The notes below the pieces were generated by a model that worked only from the letters and a program-made list of their open reading frames with translations, searched no databases and had not been told where the DNA came from. 64,000 nucleotides of DNA, taken from Squalus acanthias. Taxonomy: Eukaryota. Within the stretch, counting starts at the first letter, position 1, and each line of letters begins with the position of its first letter. Both the position numbers and the translations under genes were made by a program. Location: NCBI GenBank assembly GCA_030390025.1, contig JASTWF010000035.1, forward strand, positions 3,906,001 through 3,970,000, given 5' to 3'. Positions 48,473 through 57,639 of this stretch are shown piece after piece.

Positions 48473-50316
48473 ATGGAGAGGGTGAGAGAACGAGCTCAGC
48501 GCTTCACCGAGCGGGCCTTGGATGCTCTGGTTGGCGCGGTGGAGCGCCGAAGAGCAATACTGTACCCAGAGAGTGGCAGGAGGCCTTTGCCGCGCGACTA
48601 CAGAAGAGTGTGGAGGGAGGTGGCTCAGCGCGTCTCCTCCAGGAGCATGGTGCCCAGGACCCATGTCCAATGCCGGAAAAAGTTCAACGACCTCACTCGG
48701 GTCGTCAGGGTGAGTGGCTTTTTTGCAATACCTCTCCATCCCTCCATCTCAACCTCACTCTATGGCCAGAGGGTCTTAAAACCACAATTAACAACACTCA
48801 TCCAACACCTATGGCCCTTTCATGAAGCACACACACACATTCCATACTTTGCATACAGTAAGGGCTATTCACCTATGGGAGGCACATCAGGCAAGACCAT
48901 GGCTGTATACAGTAAGGGCTATTCACCTATGGGAGGCACATCAGGCAAGACCATGGCTGTATACAGTAAGGGCTATTCACCTATGGGAGGCACATCAGGC
49001 AAGACCATGGCTGTATATTTACTCAGACGCCGTCCTTTTTCTTGCAGGCCAAGCTGGCGCATAATAGGAGACAGCAGCAACGGACGGGTGGAGGGCGGCC
49101 TCAGCTGCAACCCCTCAGCAATCTGGAGGAGCGCGTCCACAGGATTGTGGCAAGCCGGGTGATCGGTCCCGTCGCCACTGGAGACGCCGACCCCGTTCTG
49201 GACAGCAATGGTAAGGTCATCACCTTTTTGTCCTCTGTCCTTCCACTTGTCCCTCACAACACCAGCCTTTGACACTTTCAATCCAACTTACTAACTCGCT
49301 GCACTTTTTCCTCCCTTACTGCCACCCTGTCCTCACGCTAAAGCCACTCTTGTACCTCCCTGCTTTCAGATGGTGATTCACCAGCTGAGGAGACGGGCCC
49401 TGAAGCTGCCAGTGGGAGTGAAGCTGCAGCCGAGGAGGAAGAGGAAGCCAGAGCATCAGTGCCACCCTCTCCCGAGGAAGCCCATGCCGACACTGGGAAC
49501 ACGCCTTCCCTGGAGGGGAACAGGGGGGAAGGGTCTGATGAGGGTGAAGCTCCAGGACCCAGCAGGCTGCAGCAACGCGATGGGGGTAGGGAAGCTCGGG
49601 GGCCTTCTTCCCGGAGGGAGAGTATGCCAGCGAGTCCTGCTGCACTGGACGCAGAGGAGGAGCGGCTGATCGCGGAAATGAACACCCAGGCGGTGGGCAT
49701 GCACACTGAGCTCATGGCTGCAGTGGGTAGGGTGCCCGAATGCATTGAAGCACTGGCAAGGAGTGTGGAGCACTTCGCTGCAGCGCAGGCGGATGCAACA
49801 CTGAAGCTCAGTGCTGCAATTCAATCTCAGACTGCTCTCATGCAGACTCAGATTGAGGCCACGCGAGTACTGTCTGCTGCCATCCTCGCTGGTTCGTTCA
49901 CATTTCCCCGGGGCTCTCACCGCGCCGCAGCAGGCCAGCAATCTGTGCTCCAGCAGATTGCTCCGGATGCTGAGGTGCTGCCCCGTGGGAGTGCCAGTGT
50001 GCCGGTTGAGCAGGGAGTTGCTGTCCTCGCTCAAGATGACAGCATTCCTGCTGCCACCACTGTCACTTCTCCACTGCAGTTGCCACCGCCTGTAGGACAG
50101 ACTGCTGCCGCCCATGCAGAGTTGGTGCTGTCTGCAGCCGGGCCCTCCAGGCCCAGAGCTGGTCGAGGCCGTCCCTCAAGGGCATCTGCATTGTCAGGGC
50201 CTGACAGTCAGCAGCCTTCCACCAGCCTTGCTGCAGCCACTGAGGTCCCATTGCGGAGGAGCAGTAGGGTAAGAAGGGGGGAAGGGCGCACGGGAAGGAG
50301 TTCACCCTCGATGTAG
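48473..50316 (+). CDS. Harbinger Myb/SANT-like DNA-binding protein; exons 48473-48709, 49048-49210, 49370-50316 (448 aa)
   Basis: RAQRFTERALDALV...WREVAQRVS...QCRKKFNDL; canonical GTGAGT/TTGCAG and GTAAGG/TTTCAG sites; phases 0 and 1 join into one open frame. Confidence 0.85.
48853..49014. repeat. 54-bp tandem repeat x3 in intron 1 of the Myb gene
   Basis: ATACAGTAAGGGCTATTCACCTATGGGAGGCACATCAGGCAAGACCATGGCTGT, three exact copies; two copies in Harbinger A (about 5023-5130). Confidence 0.95.
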
Positions 50317-50627
50317 GAGGTGTGACAAAATGCTGGTCATTTTTTTATTAAAGGCCGAGGTTCGTGTTCAAACTTTTGTTGAGTGTTTTGCACATGATCT
50401 CCAGGTTGTGAGAACCAGTTATGGTAATGACTGTTTTTTTGTGTTTATTTGTATGAGTTTGTCATGAAGAAATGACACACACAGAGTTTGTAAAATAAAT
50501 AAGTTTTGGTACTCAAAATATACATGTTTGGTGTTTGGAATCAGTGGTGCCTTGGCCGGCTTAGGGGTTGCGTGTTGGGTTCATTCATGCTGTTCTCAAT
50601 GGCAGAAGCCATTTCCACAGCAGGGGC

Positions 50628-50726
50628 CTAGAAGCAGCTTGCTATCAGCCGCTGACGGACGGCCCTTGCAGTTTCACCATTGTGGGCCGCCCTCACGCCT
50701 TGGTGCTGCTGCTGATCATCCTCCTC

Positions 50727-50757
<31 letters not shown>

Positions 50758-51716
50758 GGTGGTGCTCCAAGGCCTGGTGGCATTGGCTGGGTCCTGAGGA
50801 TTGCCATGTTATGCAGCATGCAGCACACAACTACGATGCTGGAAACTCGCTCAGGCGAGTACTGCAGGGCTCCTCCAGAATGGTCGAGACAGCGGAACCG
50901 TTGCTTGAGCACGCCGATTGTGTGCTCCACGATGTTCCTGGTAGCTTGATGGCTCTCGTTGTACCGCAGCTCAGCAGGGGTGTTGGGCGTACGGAGCGGT
51001 GTCATCAGCCAGGTGCACAGTGGATACCCCTTGTCCCCGAGAAGCCAACCAACTGACTGATGCGGTGCCTCGAAAAGTTCTGCCACAGTAGTCTGGCGCA
51101 GGATGAAAGCATCGTGGCAGCTGCCAGGATAGTGGGCATTGACAGCGAGTATCAGCTGTCTGTGGTCACAGACCAACTGAACATTCAAGGAATGGAACCC
51201 CTTTCTGTTCCGGAAATCCTCGGCATTCTCATGCGGAGCACGCAAAGCCACATGCGTGCAGTCAATGGCGCCCTGCACCATGGGGAAGCCCGCTATCCTC
51301 ACAAAGCCCAGAGCGCGTTCTTGCTGCTTGTCTGGGGTCATGGGGAAAGAGATGAACTCTCGTCTCCTTTTAAAGAGGGCATTTGTGACCTTCCTGATGC
51401 AGCAGTGCACCGCGAACTGGGAGATATTGGCGATGTCCGCAACAGCAGATTGAAATGAGCCAGTAGCATAAAAGTTCAGAGCCACTGTGACCTTCACTGC
51501 CACCGACAGAGACGTCCTGGACCTCAGTTGAGGCTGCAGATCTGGCTGCAGCAGGTGGCAGAGCTCAGTGACCACCTCCTTGCTGAAGCGCAGCCTTCGC
51601 AGACACTGCTCCTCAGACATATGAATGTAGGAGAGCTGTTCACGATATACCCTGGGAGGGTAAGCTCTCCTGTACAGACGCCTGTTGGCCCTCCTCTGTC
51701 TGGCCATCATTGCCAC
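50628..51716 (-). CDS. Harbinger DDE transposase (HARBI1-like), 362-aa open frame; ancestral start probably at 51789
   Basis: HTH region plus [40 protein letters not shown] and CCMLHN motifs with no internal stop. Confidence 0.9.
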
Positions 51717-53491
51717 TCTCTCTCTGCGTCTCTGTGTCCTCCGATTCAGCTGGCGCAGGACGACGCCCCCCCATCAGTGCAGCCCCCATATCTCTAAGCA
51801 AGCAAAGTTATGAAGGCCAGAAACCAAAGTACCAGCGAAGTTAGGATGAGTAGCCAAAACTACCTGACACAGCGTTGACTCAATGCAGAACTCTCTCTTT
51901 CTCTCTCTCCGAATCTCTCTCTCTCTCTCAGAACGAGTGGTGCAAAAATGTCCACCACAGAGAAAGACAGGAAGAGGCCCCCTTTAAATAGCGCCCCCCC
52001 AGCCCCACAGCGAATGATAGCGTTCCACTCTACCGGTCGTTGGATGCGCCAGGCGGTAAGGATGGGGGCGCCACTGAAATTCTGCTCCGGGGCGCCACAA
52101 GGGCGTTGCACTCTCGTATGACGTCACAATCTGCGCGCGCAAGAGATCGCGGCGATAAAGTTTAGCGCCGCCGCTAAATGTCTAGTTAAGTTCCCGAGCG
52201 GCGCAAACATCGCTGCGCCCGGGCGCTAGCTGCTTTGCGCCCCATTAGCGCCCTCTTAAGGCGCTAACGGGAGGCGCAACCAACTGAATTTTTCCCCCCT
52301 TTACTCTTATACTCAAATCCTCTTGTAATAAAGTCCAACATACTATTTGCTTTCCTAATTGCTTGCTGTACCTGCATGTTAACTTTCAGTGATTCATGTA
52401 CAAGGACACCCAGGTCCTTTGAACACCAACATTCCCAATCTCTCACCATTTAAAAAATACTCTACTTTTCTATTTTTCCTACCAAAGTGGATAACTTCAC
52501 ATTTCTCTACATTATATCCCATTTGCCATGTTCTTGCCCACTCACTTAGCCTGTCTATATCCCCTTGAAGCCTTTTTGCATCTTCCTCACAACTTACATT
52601 CCCACCCAGCTTTGTATCATCAGCAAACTTGGATATATTCCATTTGGTCCCCTCATCAAAATCATTGATATAGATTGTGAATAGCCGAGGCCCAAGCACT
52701 GATCCTTGCGGTATTCCACTAGTTACAGCCTGCCAACCCGAAAATGATCCATTTATTCCTGCTCTCTGTTTTCTGTCCGTTAACCAATCCTCAATCCATG
52801 CTAGTATATTACCCCCAATCCCATGAGCCCTAATCTTGTTTAATAACCTCTTGTGTGGCACCTTATTGAATGCCTTCTGAAAATCCATATACACAACATC
52901 CACTGGTTCCCCCTTATCTATTCTGCTAGTTACAACCTCAAAAAACTCTAACAGATTCGTCAAACATGATTTCCCTTTCATAAACCCGTGTTGACTCTGC
53001 CCAATCCTATTATTATTTTCTAAGTGCCCGGTTACCACGTTCTTTATTAAGGACGTGGTAACAGGGCAGTTAGAAAATAATAATAGGATTATTATAGGAA
53101 AATGATAGATTCTAGCATTTTCCCTACTACTGATGTCAGGCTAACTGGTCTGTAGTTCCCTGTTTTCTCTCTCCCTCCTTTCTTATATAGTGGGGTTACA
53201 TTTGCTACCTTCCAATCTGCGGGAACCATTCTAGAATCTATGGAATTTTGGAAAATGACAACCAATGCGTCCACTATCTCTATAGCCACGTCTTTAAAAA
53301 CCCTAGGATGTAGGCCATCAGGTCCAGGGGATTTATTGGCTTTCAATCCCATTAATTTCTCCAGTACTATTATTTTACTAATACTAATTTCTTTCAGTTC
53401 CTCATTCTCGCTAGACCCTTGGTTCTCCACTATTTCCGGGAAGGTTTTTGCATCTTAGAAACATAGAAGATAGGAGCACCTCAAGCCTGCT

Positions 53492-54490
53492 TTTCGAGGG
53501 GGTGACTAGGTGTGTGGATGAGGGTAGTGCAGTTGATGTGGTCTACATTCACTTCAGTAAGGCTTTTGACAAAGTCCCACATGGGAGACTGGTCAAGAAG
53601 GTAAGAGCCCATGGGATCCAGGGCAACTTGGCACATTGGATCCAAAATTGGCTTAGTGGCAGGAGGCAGAGGGTGATGGTTGAATGTTGTTTTTGTGACT
53701 GGAAGCCTGTGTCCAGTGGTGTACTGCAGGGATCGGTGCTGGGTCCTTTGCTGTTTGTAGTGTACATTAATGATTTAGATATGAATGTAGGAGGTATGAT
53801 CAGTAAGTTCGCAGATGACACGAAAATTGGTGGGGTGGTAAATAGCGAGGAGGGAAGCCTCAGGCGACAGGACGATATAGACGGGTTGGTCAGATGGGCA
53901 GAACAGTGGCAAATGGAATTTAACCCTGAAAAGTGTGAGGTGATGCATTTTGGGAGGACTAACAAGGCAAGGGAATACACAATGAATGGTAGGATCCTAG
54001 GAAGGACAGAGGATCAGAGGGACCTTGGTGTGCATGTACATAGATCCCTCAAGGCAGCAGGACAGGTAGATAAGGTGGTTAAAAAGGCATATGGGATACT
54101 TGCCTTCATTGAAACATATAAAATTGTGACAGGTCTGGACAAACTAGATGCAGGAAGAATGTTCCTGATGGTCGGAGAATCCAGAACCAGGGGTCATAAT
54201 CTAGGGATAAGGGGTAAGCCATTTAGGACAGAAATGAGGAAGAATTTCTTCACCCAGAGAGTGGTGAACCTGTGGAATTCTCTACCACAGAAGTTAGTTG
54301 AGGCCAAGTCATTAAATATATTCAAGAATGAGTTAGATATATTTCATAAAGCTAAAGGTATCAAGGGATATGGGGAAAAGGCAGGTACAGGGTACTGAGT
54401 TTGGATGATCAGCCATGATCTCATCGAATGGCGGAGCAGGCTCGAGGGGTCGAATGGCCTACTCCTGCTCCTATCTTCTATGTTTCTATG
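53492..54490 (+). mobile_element. Chimeric CR1: family X RT segment fused to a family Y-type 3' end
   Basis: Matches 7095-6480 up to GILAFI, then jumps to ETYKI through TCATT microhomology at about 54106-54110. Confidence 0.82.
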
Positions 54491-56960
54491 TTTCCTACAA
54501 GTAGCTGATCCCAGTCCACTTTGGCCAGATCCTGCCTTATCATATTAAAATCGGCCTTCCCCCAATTTAGATCCTTTATTTCCGGTCCATCTTTGTCCTT
54601 TTCCATGACTACCTTAAATCTCACTGAATTATGGTCACTGTCAGCAAAATGCTCTCCTACTAACACTTCTACCACTTGCCCGGCTACATTCCCTAGAATT
54701 AGGTCCAGTACCACCCCCTCTCTCGTAGGACTTTCTACATGCTGGCTCAAAAAGCTCTCCTGGATGCACTTTAAGAATTCCGCACCCTCTAAGCCTTTCA
54801 CACTCTGACTATCCCAGTTAATATTGGGGAAGTTGAAATCCCCTACTATTATTACCCAATTATTTCTACACTTCTCTGAGATTTGCCTACATACCTGTTC
54901 CTCTATCTCTCCCTGACTGTTTGGGGGCCTATAGTACACTCCCAGCAAAGTGCTTGCCTCCTTTTTGTTTTTAAGTCCTACCCATATGGCCTCATTAGAG
55001 GAACCTGCTAAGATATCATCCCTCCTTACAGTAGTAATTGACTCCTTGATTAATATTACGACACCCCCTCCTCTTTTACACCCCCCTCTGTCTCGCCTGA
55101 AGATTCTATACCCCGGAATATTGAGCTGCCAGTCCTGCCCCTCCCTCAACCATGTCTCTGTGATAGCAACAATATCATACTCCCATGTGTTCATCAACAT
55201 CTTCAATTCATCTGCCTTACTCGCAAGACTCCTTGCATTAAAATAAATGCCATCCAGCCTTGCCATACTCCCTTGTGCCGTTACATATTTGCTCTGCCTT
55301 CCAGGCTGACTTGTTTTTTCCTCTATATTTGGCTGTGCATCACCCCCTACTATAGCTCCACTCCGTATCCCATCCCCCTGCCAAGTTAGTTTAAACCCCA
55401 CCCCCCCACCCAACAGTACTAGCAAACCTCCCCGCAAGGATGTTGGTCCCATTCCAGTTCAGGTGCAACCCGTCCAACTTGTACAGGTCCCACCTTCCCC
55501 AGAAGCAGACCCAGTGATCCAGGAAACTAAAGCCCTCCCTCCTGCACCAACTCTTTAGCCACGCATTCATCTGCTCTATCCTCCTATTCCTATACTCACT
55601 AGCACGTGGCACTGGGAGTAATCCAGAGATTACAACCTTTGAGGTCCTGCTTTTTAATCTGCTACCTAGCTCCCTAAATTCTTGTTGCAGGACCTCATCC
55701 CTCTTTCTACCCATGTCGTTGGTACCAATGTGAACCACGACCTCTGTCTGTTCACCCTCCCCCTTCAGAATGCCCTGCAGCCGTTCAGTGACATCCTCGA
55801 CCCTGGCACCAGGGAGGCAACATACCATTCTGGAGTCATGTCTCTGGCCACAGAATCGTCTATCTGTTCCCCTTACGATAGAATCCCCGATCACTATTGC
55901 TGTCCCACTTTTTTCCTCCCCTCCTGTGCAGCTGAGCCACTCGTAGTGCCACGGACTTGGCTCTTGCTGCATTCCCCTGAGAAACCATCTCCCCTATCAG
56001 TATCCAAAACGGAAAATCTGTCAGAGAGGGAGATGAACCCAGGTGACTCCTGCACTGCCTTCCTAGTTCTTTTACTCTGTCTGGTGGTCACCCACTCCCT
56101 GTCTGCCTGTGCACTCTTTACCTGCGGTGTGACTGCCTTGTTAAACGTGCTATCCACAAAGATCTCAGCTTCTCGGATGCTCCACAGTGACTCCAGCCGC
56201 AGCTCCAGCTCCAAAACATGGATTTCAAGTAGCTGCAGCTGGAGACACTTCCTGCACATGTGTTCGCCCTGGACACCTAAAGTGTCCCTGACTTCCAACA
56301 TAGCACAGGAGGAGCACTCCACGCTGCCGAGCTGCCCTGCCATGTCCTACCCTTAATTTACTCCCTTTAAATTAAAGAATATTAAATAAACTAGGGACCT
56401 TACTCCCCTTTAAACACTACTTACTCTAAACTAGAGACCTTACTTTTACTTTAATTACTGGAATGTAGAAATACTGTAGAAATACTCACCACTGGTTCTC
56501 TGTCCCCTCTTGTGCAGCTTGTTAGCTCCTGCTCTCCTGGAAGCTGACAAAGATGGAAAAAGAAAGGAACACCTCCCTCCCCAAACTCCCTCACTCACCA
56601 AACTCGCAGCTTAACACTCTGTTTCGATCTGCACTCTGTGACAAACTGCACTCTAGCCTCCCTTATTTATACTGCTGAGATTTAAATAAGTGAGCTCTCT
56701 GGCAGTTACAGGACCAGATTAGACCACTTAATTAATTAATTACTCTCACCTGCTCTCCAGCACAGAGCTTGCTTAGCCCTGCCCAAGCCTGGAAGAAACT
56801 TAAAACTTGAAACAGCAAATTTAAATGCTAATTGCAAGCACACAAGACGAGAATTTATAAAAATAAGAGATTAACCTTTAAGATTTACTCCCTCACTCAC
56901 CAAACTCACAGCTTAACACTCTGTTCTGATCTGCACTCCGTGACAAACTGCACTCTAGCC
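54491..56960 (-). mobile_element. CR1 family X 5' half (5'UTR, ORF1 56343-55391 with frameshift, APE domain)
   Basis: VECSSC...CRKC zinc finger, GDS esterase, open APE ORF; nearly identical to 7980-10790. Confidence 0.93.
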
Positions 56961-57228
56961 AAGTTCCCAAACTTGGCCACATTGCAACCACATCTCCGTA
57001 ATGGCTATTAGTTCAAACCTATTAATTTCTACTTTGCTAATGATTGAGTGTAGACTGATGGGTGGTAATTGGCTGATTGGATTGTCCTGCTTTTTGTGGA
57101 CATGACATACCTGGGCAGTTTTCCACATTACGATAGCAAAATACTGCGGATGCTGGAAATCCGAAATAACAACAGAAAACGCTGGAAAAACTCAGCAGGC
57201 CAGGCAGCATCCATGGAGAGAGAAAGAG

Positions 57229-57265
57229 AGTTAACGTTTCAGGTCGATGACCTTTCATCAGAACT
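57229..57265 (-). ncRNA. Minimal type I hammerhead ribozyme motif in the Penelope 3' pseudo-LTR
   Basis: AGUU-CUGAUGA-A-AGGUC-AUC-GACCU-GAAA-CG-UU-AACU: intact core, 5-bp stem II, 4-bp stem I, palindromic AACGUU; sense to the PLE ORF. Confidence 0.82.
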
Positions 57266-57639
57266 GGGAAGAGCCGGAAATCAAATAGATTTAAGGCCAG
57301 GGTAAAGCTGGGAAAAGGGGGTGGGGATAAAGGAACAAAGGGGGAGATGAAGAGACATTAAGAGATATGCAAGGCTAGAGGTGGTGTTAATGTGACAGAT
57401 TATGGCTGAAAGAAGTGTGAAATTCACTGGCAGAATGAAGGACAGCTGCCAGCTTCTAGGAGGAAAAAAAAAGGTGGGGGGGGGGCAAATAAAAGGATGG
57501 AAAAAATAAAATATAAATGTGATTGGAGCTGAGGTTATGATCTAAAATTGTTGAACTCGATATTGAGTCCAGAGGGCTGTAGCGTGCCTAAACGAAAGAT
57601 GAGGTGCTGTTCCTCGAGCTTACGCTGCGCTTCCGTGGA

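Larger units (their letters stand above)
48115..52298. mobile_element. Complete PIF/Harbinger DNA transposon copy B (4184 bp)
   Basis: TIRs GGGCTAAAAATTCAGT / ACTGAATTTTTCCCCC (14 of 16 match), CTT TSD at 48112-48114 / 52299-52301, two convergent genes. Confidence 0.96.
47617..53455 (-). mobile_element. CR1 ORF2 3' half, interrupted by Harbinger B
   Basis: RT motifs on both sides; removing 48115-52301 restores ...EYKSKDVLLQL. Confidence 0.9.

Noticed and set aside
50628..51716. Domesticated host HARBI1 gene
   Set aside because: Flanked by TIRs and a TSD, paired with a Myb gene, inserted in a CR1, and present as a second copy, so it is a transposon gene.
53448..54398. 316-aa ORF as a functional novel reverse transcriptase
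   Set aside because: Chance in-frame fusion of two CR1 fragments, lacking the N-terminal RT motifs and a real start.
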